The notes under the pieces: model-generated
Databases searched by the model: none
Told to the model about the DNA's origin: nothing
Seen by the model: the letters and a program-made list of their open reading frames with translations, nothing else
NCBI GenBank assembly: GCA_963785725.1
Contig: CAWAWS010000007.1
Span: 800,001 to 864,000, forward strand
Length of the DNA stretch: 64,000 bases
Direction of reading: 5' to 3'
Source: an uncultured delta proteobacterium
GTDB taxonomy: Bacteria > Myxococcota_A > Polyangia > Palsa-1104
Shown: positions 31,279 to 43,670 of the stretch, piece by piece
Layout of the letters: every line of letters starts with the position of its first letter
Position numbering within the stretch: the stretch's first letter is position 1
Program-made: the position numbers and the translations under genes

Positions 31279-31389
31279 TCAGCCGGTGGTGCCGAGCGGC
31301 CCCGATGCCGCCAGCTCGCCCTCGTTCGCCTCGACGATCGGCGGGACCTTGAAGTGCACGGAGCCGGACGAATACGGGTGGTCGTCCAT
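31279..31389 (-). CDS. Possible 36-aa small ORF or gene remnant
   Basis: ATG 1 nt after the upstream TGA; MDDHPYSSGSVHFKVPPIVEANEGELAASGPLGTTG with almost all G/C third positions. Confidence 0.35.
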   Translation of the reverse strand: MDDHPYSSGSVHFKVPPIVEANEGELAASGPLGTTG

Positions 31390-31390
31390 C

Positions 31391-32854
31391 TCAGTCGCCC
31401 GGCGATTCCTCTTCGCCGATGTCTTCGTCGATGCCGCTCTCGGCCTGCTCGCACGCCAGCGTCGGCACGCCGAACAGGCCGGCGCCGTGCTTCGTCGGCA
31501 AGGCCGCGTCGGCGTGCGTCGTGAACGTGTACAGGTGGATCTGTCCGTCCTTGCCGACGCCGCCTTCGTAGACCAAGCGGTCGTCGTCGAGCCACAGCGT
31601 CTCGAACGGCGACACGGCCGCGGCCACGCGCTGGGCCGACTTGCGCGTCTTGTCGTAGACGTAGAGCTCGTTCTTGTCCTTGCCGTCGCCTTTCAAGATC
31701 TTGCAGGCGTCGAGCTTGCCCGCGTACGTCAGGCGCGACTTCGACGGCGACCACGCCAGCGACGACTGCGCGATCGGCCGCGCCGCCATCACCGGCTGAT
31801 CGACGCCGTCGATGGTGAACTGCGTCGCGCCGTCCTCGATCTTCACGCCCGGCACCGCTTTGTCCTCGAAGTGCGCGACTTGGTTCGGCCACGCGCGCGT
31901 CTCGCCGCCGTCGGGGATGACCGCCGCGCCCTCGAGCTTGGCCAGCCCCGTGCGCGCCGTGTCGATCGTGTACGCCGCCGAGGCGCCCGACGTGACGATG
32001 AACGTGAACATCGGCTGCCCCGCCTTGTTCGCGCCCAGCCCGACCTGATCGAAGCGGCCTTTCTCGACGAAGGGCCCGATCGTCTCCAGCGTCGTCAGAT
32101 CGATGACGCCGACGCGCGGATCGACGAACGAATCGACGCCGCCTTCGCGATGCAGCTTGGGCGCGACCAAGAACAAGAGCGACTTGCCATCGGACGAGCG
32201 ATCGACGGCGAAGACGTGCCCGTCCGAGTCGGTGAGCCGGCGATAGCGCTTGCCGTCGGGATCGAAGTGGAAGACCTCCTGCTTCAACGACAGCGGCGCC
32301 TCGACCGCGTCGCCGTCGAACTTCGGCTCGGTGGCGGCGCGTGTGCGCGCGACGAAGAAGAAGCCACGCTCCCAGCCCTTGGCGTACTCGCCGCGATAAC
32401 GCGTCTTCAGGTCGCCGATCTTGGCCCAGGCCGGCGACGCGCGCAGCGCCGCCATCTCCTTGCTCGTGTCCAGCTTGTTCGCGTAGGCGACATAATCGCG
32501 CGCGATGAGCTGCTCGTACTGCGCCGGGATCTCGTCGTTGCGCCCGAGCGCGGCCAGCGCGCGAATCAGCCCCCAGCGGCCAGCCGTGTAGTCGGGCGTG
32601 TCGTTGACGACGTTTTGCAGCGCCGCCACCGCCACTTGCGGCTTCTTGTTGCGCAGCGCCGCGAAGCCGGTCTCGAGCAGCTTGCCGGCGTCGTTGCGCG
32701 GCGATTGAAAGGGATCGGTCATGCCGATGGCGAGCTGCTTCGGCTGCTCGGCGGTCGAGGCCGTGCCGCCCGACGTGCTCGGCTGGCTGCTGTCGCGCTT
32801 GCAACCGAGGCTCACGCAGGAAAGGAGCACGGCGCTCCAGGTCAGAATTCGCAT
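31391..32854 (-). CDS. Lipoprotein with TPR-like region and TolB-like beta-propeller
   Basis: Lipobox SLGC; helical TPR-like segment; SSDGKSLLF and LAWSPSKSRLTY propeller repeats. Confidence 0.72.
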   Translation of the reverse strand: MRILTWSAVLLSCVSLGCKRDSSQPSTSGGTASTAEQPKQLAIGMTDPFQSPRNDAGKLLETGFAALRNKKPQVAVAALQNVVNDTPDYTAGRWGLIRALAALGRNDEIPAQYEQLIARDYVAYANKLDTSKEMAALRASPAWAKIGDLKTRYRGEYAKGWERGFFFVARTRAATEPKFDGDAVEAPLSLKQEVFHFDPDGKRYRRLTDSDGHVFAVDRSSDGKSLLFLVAPKLHREGGVDSFVDPRVGVIDLTTLETIGPFVEKGRFDQVGLGANKAGQPMFTFIVTSGASAAYTIDTARTGLAKLEGAAVIPDGGETRAWPNQVAHFEDKAVPGVKIEDGATQFTIDGVDQPVMAARPIAQSSLAWSPSKSRLTYAGKLDACKILKGDGKDKNELYVYDKTRKSAQRVAAAVSPFETLWLDDDRLVYEGGVGKDGQIHLYTFTTHADAALPTKHGAGLFGVPTLACEQAESGIDEDIGEEESPGD

Positions 32855-32922
32855 GGCGCACATTGTACACGCGGGTCGACACCGGTTGTCACGGCCGCTG
32901 CGGGCGCTACTTACAATGACGA

Positions 32923-34221
<1,299 letters not shown>

Positions 34222-35996
34222 CGCGGCGTTGGCGGCCGCGCGCGCGCGATCGGCGCGGATGGCCAGCGCCAGCGCGCGCGGCACGGACAGCGCGCGGGCG
34301 GCAGCGGCGTCGGCGCGATAGTGCGCCGCATAATCGGGGGCGACGCGCAGGCGCCAATTGTCGTCGGACACCGTGCCCGGCGCGTTGTAGAGCGCGCGAT
34401 AGCCAAGCAGATCGGCGAAGAAGATCGACACATGGCGCGCGGGGCTGGCGAAGAGCTCGGCGAACATCGCCGTCGCCAGCGCGCCCGGCGACGCCAAGAG
34501 GCGCTGCGCAAAGGCCGGTCGCGCTAGCGGCTCGGGCTCGAGGCGCGCGGCCAAAAAGTGCGCGCGCGCGGCGGCGCGACCGTCGCTGCGCCAGTCGTCG
34601 GCGAGCTGCCACAACGGCGGCGTGTCGTGGTTGCCGACCATGATCCAGTCGCGCGGCTGCGCGTTGTCGCTGCGGTAGACGTCGTCGGGCACGTCGAGCC
34701 GCGCCTTTTGCGTGACCACCATGCGGCCGAGGCCCGCGCGCTCCATCACGCGGCGTAGCGGATAGGGCCAGGTGCTCAGCACCTCGCACACGAGCTCGGC
34801 GCCGCGGGCGCGTGCGGTCGCGAACAGCCGCGCACAGAGCGCGCCGTAGCGGTCGACTTGCGCGGCGTCGAGATCGCGCACCCACTCGTCGGCGTGACGC
34901 GCGCGGCTGCGATCGAGCTGCGCCGGCGTCGCGATGGCCCAGCGCGCCAGCTCGGGATGGTCGGGCAGATCGGGCGACGAAAAGAGGCGCGCGCCCGCTT
35001 GCACTGCGGCCAGCGCGTCCGGGGCTTCGGCGCGATAGACCCACGGATCGACGAGGCCGTGCGGATGATCGACGCGCAATCCGTCATATTCGGCGAGCGC
35101 CTTGTCGACGCGCGCGGCGAAGAGCGCACCGGCGGCGCCGTCGTATTGCGCCGGATCGAGCAGCGGATAACCCCACGGTTGGCCGTCGGGGTTGGTGCGG
35201 CTCGGCGGCGCGCCCATGCGATAGCCGTCGAGAAAGAGCGACGCCAGCGCCAAGCGATCGCGGTGGGAGACGCCGACCTGCAAGTCGCCGAAGAGGCCGA
35301 GGCCGAGCGCGCGCGTAAACTGGCGCAGCTCGCCGTGTTGGCGATGGGCGAGCCATTGCTCGGCGCGGTGTCGCGCGGGCGTGACGTCGCCGGTGCGCTC
35401 GTCGCGGGCGAGCCAGTCGCCGGCGTCGCGCGCGAATTCGGCGATGGCGCCGGCCCATTCGTGGCCGCGCGCGGCCAAGAGCGCGGTGAGCGCGGCGGCG
35501 TGGCGATCCCAGGCGCCGGTGTGGTCGCAGAGCCGCGCCGACTCGGCCGGCACGTCGCCGACGACGGCGCGCCAATCGCCGGCGGCCTCCGTCCACAGCG
35601 GGCCGAGCGCGATGGCGAGCGGGTTGCGCGAGAAGATCATGGCGTCGTACGGCGACGGATTGGCGCGCGAGATCCAGCCTTGCGGGCCGAGCTGCACGTC
35701 GGTGAAGCCGAGCTGCCGCGCGAAACGCAAGAAGTCGCAACCGGCGGCCGAGTAGGGCGTGCCGCGGCCGACGTCGTCGTCGCCGGCCGGGAAGCTGGCG
35801 TCGTGGATGGCGAGCACCAAGCGCGTTACGCCGCAGAGCTGCAGCGCATCGGCGACGGCGGCGCGATAGTCGCTCCGCTCCCACGCTGGAACTGCAGTAG
35901 TCACGGCAGGTTACCGACGGTGTCGGCGGTCGCGGCGGCTCTCGTGGCGAGAGTCTCGGGGCTTGTCATCGCAGGCTCGGTCGTTAACTCTACACC

Positions 35997-38042
35997 ATGA
36001 TTTCGCGCGCCGACGAAGGGGAGCGCCCGGCGCGTGCCGCGGCATTCGACGGGCAGCGTCGCGTCGTCATCGGCGCGGTGCGACCGTCGCTCGACGGCGG
36101 CCGCTTCGCCGTCAAGCGCGTCATCGGCGACGTGCTCGACGTCGAGGCCGAGCTGTTGCTCGATGGTCACGATCTCATCGCCGCCGTCGTTCGTCACCGC
36201 GCGCCCGACGGCGCGACGAGCGAGCAGCCGCTGGTGGCGCTGGGCAACGATCGTTGGCACGGCGCGATCCCGCTGTCGCAGCTCGGTCGCTGGTCGTACA
36301 GCGTCGAGGCCTGGGTCGACGCGTGGGCCAGCTTCGTCTGGGGCTTTCGGCGCAAAGTGGACGCGGCGCAAGACGTTCGCGTGGAATTGCTCGACGGCGC
36401 CAAGCTCATCGTCGCCGCGGTCGAGCGGGCGCGCGCCCAAGGCGACGGCGCGCGCGACGACGGCAACGCGCTGGCCGCGCTGGCCGCGCGCGTCGCCGAC
36501 GAGCGGCGCGCGCCGGCCGAGCGCATCGCGGCGGTCACCGACGCGGCGACGACGGCGCTGATGGCGCGCCATCCCGACCGCAGCCACGCCGCGCGGCTCG
36601 AGCGCGCGCTCGAAGTCGTCGTCGAGCCGATGCGCGCGCGCTTCAGCGCCTGGTACGAGTTCTTCCCGCGCAGCTGCGGCGAAAACGGCCGGCACGGCAC
36701 GTTCGCCGACGCCGCCAAGCGGCTCGATTACGTCGCCGATCTGGGCTTCGACACCGTCTACTTGCCACCGATTCATCCGATTGGTCGCACGCATCGCAAG
36801 GGACCGAATAATTCGCTCGGCTCGAACGCCAACGACGTCGGCAGCCCGTGGGCGATCGGCGCGAGCGAAGGCGGACACAAGTCGATTCATCCGCAATTGG
36901 GCACGCTCGACGACTTTCGCGCATTCGTGGCCCGCGCCAAAACGCTGGGACTGGAAGTGGCGCTGGATATCGCGCTGCAGGTCTCGCCCGATCATCCGTA
37001 TGTGAAACAGCATCCCGATTGGTTCGTGCAGCGCGCCGATGGGAGCATTCAATACGCCGAGAATCCGCCCAAGAAGTATCAAGATATCTACCCGTTTCAT
37101 TTCGATTGCGCCGATTGGAAGGCGTTATGGAATGAATTGAAGTCGATCTTCCTGTTTTGGATCGAGCAGGGAATCACCGTATTTCGCGTCGATAATCCGC
37201 ATACGAAGCCGCTGCCGTTCTGGCAATGGTGTATCGGCGAGATCCAGCGCCAGCATCCGGAGACGATCTTCCTCGCGGAGGCGTTCACGCGGCCGAAGCT
37301 GCTGCAGGCGCTGGCGAAGGCCGGCTTCTCGCAGTCGTACACCTATTTTACGTGGCGGACGACGAAGGCGGAGTTGACCGAATATGCCGAAGAGCTGACG
37401 CAAACTGCGCAATACGACTATTTGCGGCCCAATTTTTGGCCGAATACGCCCGATATCCTGCCCGAGCATCTGCAGTGGGGGGGTCGCGCCGCCTATTTAC
37501 AGCGGCTGATATTGGCGAGCACGCTGTCGTCGAATTGGGGCGTTTATGGACCGACGTTCGAGCTGATGGAGCACGTGGCGCGGCCGGGCGCCGAGGAATA
37601 TCTCGATAACGAGAAGTATCAGCTGCGGCAATGGGATTTGACGCGCGCCGATTCGCTGGCGCCGATGATGAAGCTGCTCAATCGCATTCGCAGAGAGCAG
37701 CCGGCGCTGCACGACAACGCGACGCTGCGGTTTCACAGGACCGATAACGAATTCGTCATTTGCTACAGTAAACGCAGCGCTGATGATATGGGTGGCGCGA
37801 TATTGGTCGTCGTCAACCTCGATCCCGAGCATACGCAGTCGGCCTGGATCGACGTCGACGCCGCGGCGCTGGGCGTCGCGCCTGACGAGACGTTTCAAGT
37901 GCACGATCTGTTGGGCGAGGCGCGCTATCGCTGGCGCGCCGGTCGCAATTTCGTGCAGCTCATCCCGCAGGTGATGCCGGCGCACCTGTTCCGAATCCGC
38001 CGCCACGCCGCCAGCGAACGAGGATTCGAATACTTCATATGA
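35997..38042 (+). CDS. glgE: Alpha-1,4-glucan:maltose-1-phosphate maltosyltransferase
   Basis: WYEFFPRS, YLPPIHPIG, GSPWAIG, YAENPPKKYQDIYP, FRVDNPHTKP, FLAEAFTRP and NFWPNTPDIL. Confidence 0.96.
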   Translation: MISRADEGERPARAAAFDGQRRVVIGAVRPSLDGGRFAVKRVIGDVLDVEAELLLDGHDLIAAVVRHRAPDGATSEQPLVALGNDRWHGAIPLSQLGRWSYSVEAWVDAWASFVWGFRRKVDAAQDVRVELLDGAKLIVAAVERARAQGDGARDDGNALAALAARVADERRAPAERIAAVTDAATTALMARHPDRSHAARLERALEVVVEPMRARFSAWYEFFPRSCGENGRHGTFADAAKRLDYVADLGFDTVYLPPIHPIGRTHRKGPNNSLGSNANDVGSPWAIGASEGGHKSIHPQLGTLDDFRAFVARAKTLGLEVALDIALQVSPDHPYVKQHPDWFVQRADGSIQYAENPPKKYQDIYPFHFDCADWKALWNELKSIFLFWIEQGITVFRVDNPHTKPLPFWQWCIGEIQRQHPETIFLAEAFTRPKLLQALAKAGFSQSYTYFTWRTTKAELTEYAEELTQTAQYDYLRPNFWPNTPDILPEHLQWGGRAAYLQRLILASTLSSNWGVYGPTFELMEHVARPGAEEYLDNEKYQLRQWDLTRADSLAPMMKLLNRIRREQPALHDNATLRFHRTDNEFVICYSKRSADDMGGAILVVVNLDPEHTQSAWIDVDAAALGVAPDETFQVHDLLGEARYRWRAGRNFVQLIPQVMPAHLFRIRRHAASERGFEYFI

Positions 38043-41000
38043 GACGGCGTAAAGAAGAAGGCGCAGACGCGTTGGCACCCAATCCGCACTGGTATAAAGA
38101 AGCGGTCATATACGAGATCCATATTCGCGCCTTCGCCGATTCGAATGACGACGGCATCGGCGACTTCAATGGGCTCGTCGAGCGGCTCGATTACCTGCAG
38201 GATCTAGGCGTCACCGCGATCTGGCTGCTGCCGTTCTATCCTTCGCCGCTGCGCGACGGCGGCTACGACATCTCCGATTACACGAAGATCAATCCGGCCT
38301 ACGGGACTCTCAAAGACTTCTCGCGGCTGCTCAAAGAGGCGCATAGCCGCGGGATTCGCGTCATTACCGAGCTGGTTCTGAATCATACGTCGAACGAGCA
38401 CGAATGGTTTCAGCGCGCGCGTCGCGCCGAGCCGGGCTCGAAATGGCGTAACTATTATGTGTGGAGCGATACGCCCAGTCGCTACGCGGACGCGCGCATC
38501 ATCTTCAAAGACTTCGAGACCTCCAATTGGTGTTGGGATCCGGTCGCCAAATCCTATTATTGGCACCGTTTCTATTCGCATCAGCCCGATTTGAACTTCG
38601 AGAATCCCGAGGTTCATAAGGCGCTCTTGAAGGTCATCGACTTCTGGCTCGACCTCGGCGTCGACGGAATGCGGCTCGACGCCGTGCCCTATTTGTTCGA
38701 GGAAGAGGGCACGAGCTGCGAGAACCTGCCGCGCACGCACGAGTTCTTGAAGACGCTGCGCGCGCACGTCGATTCACACTATCGCGATCGCATGCTGTTG
38801 GCGGAGGCGAATCAGTGGCCGGAAGACGCCGCCGCCTATTTCGGCAGCGGCGACGAATGCCATATGAATTTTCATTTCCCACTGATGCCGCGCATGTTCA
38901 TGTCGGTGCATCTGGAAGATCGCTTTCCCATCGTCGATATCTTGCGGCAGACGCCGAATATCCCGCCCAATTGTCAGTGGGCGACGTTCTTGCGCAATCA
39001 CGACGAGCTGACGCTGGAGATGGTCACCGACGAAGATCGCGACTATATGTATCGCGTCTACGCCGAGGATCCGAACGCGCGCATCAACCTCGGCATTCGC
39101 CGGCGTCTGGCGCCGCTCGTCAAAGGGCGACGCAAGATCGAGCTCATGAACGCCATGCTCTTCTCGTTGCCGGGAACGCCGGTGCTTTATTACGGCGACG
39201 AAATCGGGATGGGCGACAATATCTATCTCGGCGATCGCGACGGCGTGCGGACGCCGATGCAATGGAGCGCCGACCGCAACGCCGGATTCTCGCGCGCCAA
39301 TCCGCAGAAGCTTTATTTGCCGGTGATTACCGATCCCGAATATCACTACGAATCGAACAACGTGCAGGCGCAGCAGGCCAATTCTTCGTCGCTGTTGTGG
39401 TGGATGAAGCGGCTCATCGCGCTGCGCAAAGAGAACGAAGTGCTCGGGACCGGCGGAATCGAGTTTCTGCTGCCAGATAACCCCAAGGTATTGGCGTTCA
39501 TTCGCAGCGACGGCCGGCATAGCGTCTTGGTGGTCATCAACCTGTCGCGCTTCGTGCAGTGCGCCGAGCTCGAGCTGGCGCAGTATCAGCATTTGACGCC
39601 GATCGAAATGTTCGGTCGCACGCCCTTTCCGACGATCACCGATAAGCCTTATTTCTTATCGTTGGGACCGCATTCGTTCTATTGGTTCACGCTGGAAGCA
39701 GCCGATGCCGCGAGCGGGCGCACGGAAAAGCCGCGCATCGACGTGTCCGGTGGCTGGCTCAAAGTATTCAGCGGACGGGCGCGCGCGCAATTGTCGGCGG
39801 CGCTGCTCGAATATGCCGTCGGCCGGCGCTGGTTCCGCGGCAAAGCGCGTCCGCGCAAAGGCGCGACCATCGCCGACGTCTTGCAGCTCGACGGCGAAAA
39901 TGGCTGCGCGCGGCTGGCGCTGTTGCAGGTCGATTACGTCGAAGGCGATCCCGAAGTGTATGTCGTTCCCTTGGCATTCCGCAGCGGCGAAGAGGCCATT
40001 CGCGTCATGCGCGAGCGGCCGCAAGCGAAGATCGCCAGCCTCGTCACGCACGACAACAAAGGCGAAGTCGAAGGCGTGCTCGTCGACGGATTGGCCGATG
40101 ACGCGCCGGTGCGCTTGATGGACATGATTCGCAAGAAGCAGGAGGTCGGCGGCGAACGCGGCGAAATGACGGCGACGACGTTGCGCGCCTTCAAGGAGGT
40201 CGCCGGCGATGACCCGTTGATTCCGCGCACGAGCGAGTTCGAGCAGACCAACTCGTCGATTCTCGTCGGCGACAAGATGCTGCTCAAAGTTTATCGAATG
40301 CTGGAAATGGGGCCCAATCCCGAGCTGGAATTGGGCGCTTATTTGACCGAGCACGCGCCGGCGGTGAGAGACGCTTCGGGGAATCACATTACGCGGCGCG
40401 CGCCGCGCATGTTGGGCGCGCTCGAATATCGCGCGCCGACGTTGAAAGAGCCGGCGACGGTGGCGACGGTGCAGGAGCTCATCGCCAACGAAGGCGTCGC
40501 CTGGGATACGGCGGCCTCGGCGCTCGATCGCTATTTCGACCGTGTGCTGCAGCTGCACGCGGCGACGCCGTCGTCGCCGGCGAACGCGCCGGCGGCGGGC
40601 GCGCCGGTGACGCTGGAGGCGCCGCCGCTGCCGCCGGGAGACATGATCGCGCAAGGCGCGGCCGAGCTGTCGCCGGAGATGTTGGAGCTGCTCGGCGGCT
40701 TTGTCGGCCGCGCGCGTCAGCTCGGCCGACGCGCCGCCGAGCTGCACCTCGTGCTCGGCGCCGAGCCGGTCGACCCGGCGTTTGCCCCGCAGCCGTTCAC
40801 CGGCTTTTATCAACAGTCGTTATTCCAAGGCGCGCACAAGCTGTGGGTGCGCACGGCCGAGCTGCTGCGCAAGAACCTCGGCAAGCTGCCCGAGCCGCTG
40901 CAGAGCGACGTCAGCGCGATCGCCGCCGATGAGACGCGCATCGACAGGCGATTGCGGACGATCACCGCGCGCAAGCTGGACGTGGCGCGCGTGCGTATTC

Positions 41001-41449
41001 ACGGCGATCTGCACCTCGGCCAGATCCTCGATACCGGTGATGATTTCGTGTTCATCGACTTCGAAGGCGAGCCCGGCCGGCCGCTCAATGAGCGGCGTTA
41101 CAAGCGCTGCCCGCTCTTCGACGTCGCCGGCATGCTGCGCTCGTTCCATTACGCGAGCGAATCGGCGCTGCGCTCCGGTCGGTTGCGCGTGGAGGACGCG
41201 GCGTTCCTGCGGCCGTGGGCGCGCGCCTGGACGGCGTGGGTGCGCGCGGCCTTCCTCGACGAATATTTGAAGACCGTCGGCTCGGCGCCGTTCGTGCCTG
41301 CCAGCGACGACGACAAGCGTCTCATGTTGGAGTTTTATCAGCTCGAAAAATGCATTTACGAAATTCGCTATGAGCTGAATAATCGTCCCGACTGGCTGGA
41401 GATTCCGCTGGCGGGACTGCAAGAGCTCATGGGTCGGGAGGCGCAATGA
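38039..41449 (+). CDS. treS: Trehalose synthase fused to maltokinase (TreS-Mak)
   Basis: WYKEAVIYE, FLRNHDELTLEMVT and DRDGVRTPMQW; C-terminal kinase EQTNSS, RIHGDLHLGQ and IDFEGEP. Confidence 0.96.
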   Translation: MRRRKEEGADALAPNPHWYKEAVIYEIHIRAFADSNDDGIGDFNGLVERLDYLQDLGVTAIWLLPFYPSPLRDGGYDISDYTKINPAYGTLKDFSRLLKEAHSRGIRVITELVLNHTSNEHEWFQRARRAEPGSKWRNYYVWSDTPSRYADARIIFKDFETSNWCWDPVAKSYYWHRFYSHQPDLNFENPEVHKALLKVIDFWLDLGVDGMRLDAVPYLFEEEGTSCENLPRTHEFLKTLRAHVDSHYRDRMLLAEANQWPEDAAAYFGSGDECHMNFHFPLMPRMFMSVHLEDRFPIVDILRQTPNIPPNCQWATFLRNHDELTLEMVTDEDRDYMYRVYAEDPNARINLGIRRRLAPLVKGRRKIELMNAMLFSLPGTPVLYYGDEIGMGDNIYLGDRDGVRTPMQWSADRNAGFSRANPQKLYLPVITDPEYHYESNNVQAQQANSSSLLWWMKRLIALRKENEVLGTGGIEFLLPDNPKVLAFIRSDGRHSVLVVINLSRFVQCAELELAQYQHLTPIEMFGRTPFPTITDKPYFLSLGPHSFYWFTLEAADAASGRTEKPRIDVSGGWLKVFSGRARAQLSAALLEYAVGRRWFRGKARPRKGATIADVLQLDGENGCARLALLQVDYVEGDPEVYVVPLAFRSGEEAIRVMRERPQAKIASLVTHDNKGEVEGVLVDGLADDAPVRLMDMIRKKQEVGGERGEMTATTLRAFKEVAGDDPLIPRTSEFEQTNSSILVGDKMLLKVYRMLEMGPNPELELGAYLTEHAPAVRDASGNHITRRAPRMLGALEYRAPTLKEPATVATVQELIANEGVAWDTAASALDRYFDRVLQLHAATPSSPANAPAAGAPVTLEAPPLPPGDMIAQGAAELSPEMLELLGGFVGRARQLGRRAAELHLVLGAEPVDPAFAPQPFTGFYQQSLFQGAHKLWVRTAELLRKNLGKLPEPLQSDVSAIAADETRIDRRLRTITARKLDVARVRIHGDLHLGQILDTGDDFVFIDFEGEPGRPLNERRYKRCPLFDVAGMLRSFHYASESALRSGRLRVEDAAFLRPWARAWTAWVRAAFLDEYLKTVGSAPFVPASDDDKRLMLEFYQLEKCIYEIRYELNNRPDWLEIPLAGLQELMGREAQ

Positions 41450-43374
41450 ATCGTCCGTTGATGCGCGACAGTGGTCCGTCGTTGTTGGGCGACACCGATA
41501 TCCACCTGTTCAACGAAGGCACGCATGCCCGGCTTTACGACAAGCTCGGCTCGCGAATCATCACCTTCAACGGCCAATCGGGCGTTTATTTCGCCGTGTG
41601 GGCGCCGAACGCCGAGCGCGTCTCGGTCATCGGCGATTTCAACGGCTGGGACGACACGCGCGCGCCGCTGAAGACCAAGGGCCAATCGGGCATCTGGGAA
41701 GGCTTCATTCCCGAGGCGGCGCTGGGAAACGTCTACAAATACCGCATTTGGTCGCGCTTCGCCGGTTATCGTGTCGATAAGGCCGATCCCTTCGCGGTGC
41801 GGCAAGAAGTCCCACCAAAGACCGGCTCGGTCATTTGGCACCTCGACGGCTACGATTGGCAAGACGCCGATTGGATGCGCGCGCGTAAAGAGCGCAATTC
41901 GCTGGCCGCGCCGATTTCGTTCTACGAGATGCACCTCGGCTCCTGGATGCGCGTGCCGGAAGAGGGCAATCGCTCGCTCAGCTATCGCGAGGTCGCGCCG
42001 CGGCTGGCGCAGCACGTCAAGTCGCTCGGCTTTACCCATATCGAGCTGATGCCGATCATGGAGCATCCGTTTTACGGCTCGTGGGGATATCAGGTCACCG
42101 GTTATTTCGCGCCCACGTCGCGTTACGGCACGCCGCAAGACTTCATGTATTTCGTCGATTACATGCACCGCGAAGGCATCGGCGTCGTGCTCGACTGGCC
42201 GCCGGCGCATTTTCCGTCGGACGAGCACGGCCTCAACTTCTTCGACGGCACACATTTGTACGAGCACGCCGACCGACGCCAAGGATTTCATCCCGATTGG
42301 AAGTCGGAGATCTTCAATTACGGGCGCCACGAAGTGCGCAGCTTTCTGGTCTCGAGCGCCTCTTATTGGCTCGATAAGTTTCATATCGACGGCATTCGCG
42401 TCGACGGCGTGGCGTCGATGTTGTACCTCGATTACGGCCGTAAAGCCGGCGAATGGATCCCCAACGAGCACGGTGGCCACGAGAATTTGGCGGCGGTTTC
42501 GTTGTTGCGGCAATTGAACGAGACGTTGTATCGCGAGCATCCGGACACCCAGACGATCGCCGAGGAGTCGACGGCCTGGCCGCTGGTTTCGCGGCCGGTT
42601 TATATGGGCGGTCTCGGCTTCGGCATGAAGTGGGATCTGGGCTGGATGCACGATTCGCTCGACTATTTCTCGCGCGATCCGGTGCACCGCCGCTTTCATC
42701 ATAATCAGCTGACGTTCCGCGGTTTATATGCGTTTCACGAGAACTACGTATTGCCGCTGTCGCACGATGAAGTGGTGCACGGTAAAGGCTCGCTCTTATC
42801 GAAGATGAACGGCGACCATTGGCAGCGCTTTGCCAATCTGCGACTGCTGTATTCGTATATGTATGCGCAACCGGGTAAGAAGCTCCTGTTCATGGGCGCC
42901 GAATTCGGGCAGTGGCGCGAGTGGAACCACGATATGAGCCTCGATTGGCATCTGCTGAACGAAGATCCGGCGCACGGCCAGCTGCAGCTGCTCGTCGGCA
43001 CGTTGAATCATTTGTATCGCACGCATCCGGCGCTGCATCAGCTCGACGGCGACGCGCGCGGCATGGAGTGGGTGCAAGCGAATGACGCCGAATATTCGGT
43101 GTTGGCGTTCTTGCGTAAAGGCAGAGAGCCGCGCGAGCAGGTGTTGGCGCTGCTCAATTTCACGCCCGTGCCGCGCTACAACTACCGCATCGGCGTCAAC
43201 GGCGGCGCCGCGGCGTGGCAGGAGATCTTCAACAGCGACGCCGCGGTCTTCGGCGGCAGCGGGCACGGCAACGGCGGGCGCGTGCCGGTGACGCCGCTGC
43301 CGTGGCACGGCCGCAACAGCTCGCTCAACTTGACCATCCCGCCGCTCGGCGCGCTCTTCCTCAAAGCCGAGTGA
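41446..43374 (+). CDS. glgB: 1,4-alpha-glucan branching enzyme
   Basis: FAVWAPNA, YEMHLGSW, SWGYQVTGY, DGIRVDGVASMLY, AEESTAWP and LPLSHDEVVHGK. Confidence 0.97.
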   Translation: MNRPLMRDSGPSLLGDTDIHLFNEGTHARLYDKLGSRIITFNGQSGVYFAVWAPNAERVSVIGDFNGWDDTRAPLKTKGQSGIWEGFIPEAALGNVYKYRIWSRFAGYRVDKADPFAVRQEVPPKTGSVIWHLDGYDWQDADWMRARKERNSLAAPISFYEMHLGSWMRVPEEGNRSLSYREVAPRLAQHVKSLGFTHIELMPIMEHPFYGSWGYQVTGYFAPTSRYGTPQDFMYFVDYMHREGIGVVLDWPPAHFPSDEHGLNFFDGTHLYEHADRRQGFHPDWKSEIFNYGRHEVRSFLVSSASYWLDKFHIDGIRVDGVASMLYLDYGRKAGEWIPNEHGGHENLAAVSLLRQLNETLYREHPDTQTIAEESTAWPLVSRPVYMGGLGFGMKWDLGWMHDSLDYFSRDPVHRRFHHNQLTFRGLYAFHENYVLPLSHDEVVHGKGSLLSKMNGDHWQRFANLRLLYSYMYAQPGKKLLFMGAEFGQWREWNHDMSLDWHLLNEDPAHGQLQLLVGTLNHLYRTHPALHQLDGDARGMEWVQANDAEYSVLAFLRKGREPREQVLALLNFTPVPRYNYRIGVNGGAAAWQEIFNSDAAVFGGSGHGNGGRVPVTPLPWHGRNSSLNLTIPPLGALFLKAE

Positions 43375-43670
43375 GCCGATCTCGCCCAGCCCACGCCGAA
43401 GCGACAGTCGAAACACGATATTTCTCGTCCGATTAGCGCGCTTCTAAAACGTCGCCGATATCACTAAAATCGATTTCGTAGAGTGATTTTCGTAATCGTT
43501 TTGCGGCAGCGTCGAACGCGCCGCGCAGCAAATGCATGTCCCTTTCGTGAGACACGCGCGTGGCTACGCCAGCGTCGGCGCGCGTTGGCAGTGGGAGGCC
43601 GGCGTGCGACGTTGACTCGCGCGCGCGGCGCTTCGCGCACGCCTATTCAATTCTTACGAAGGAGAATGAA

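Noticed and set aside
43375..43670. Long AT-richer intergenic region as a riboswitch or sRNA
   Set aside because: I could not identify a known aptamer consensus or a convincing stem set; it is probably promoter DNA. An Rfam scan would settle it.
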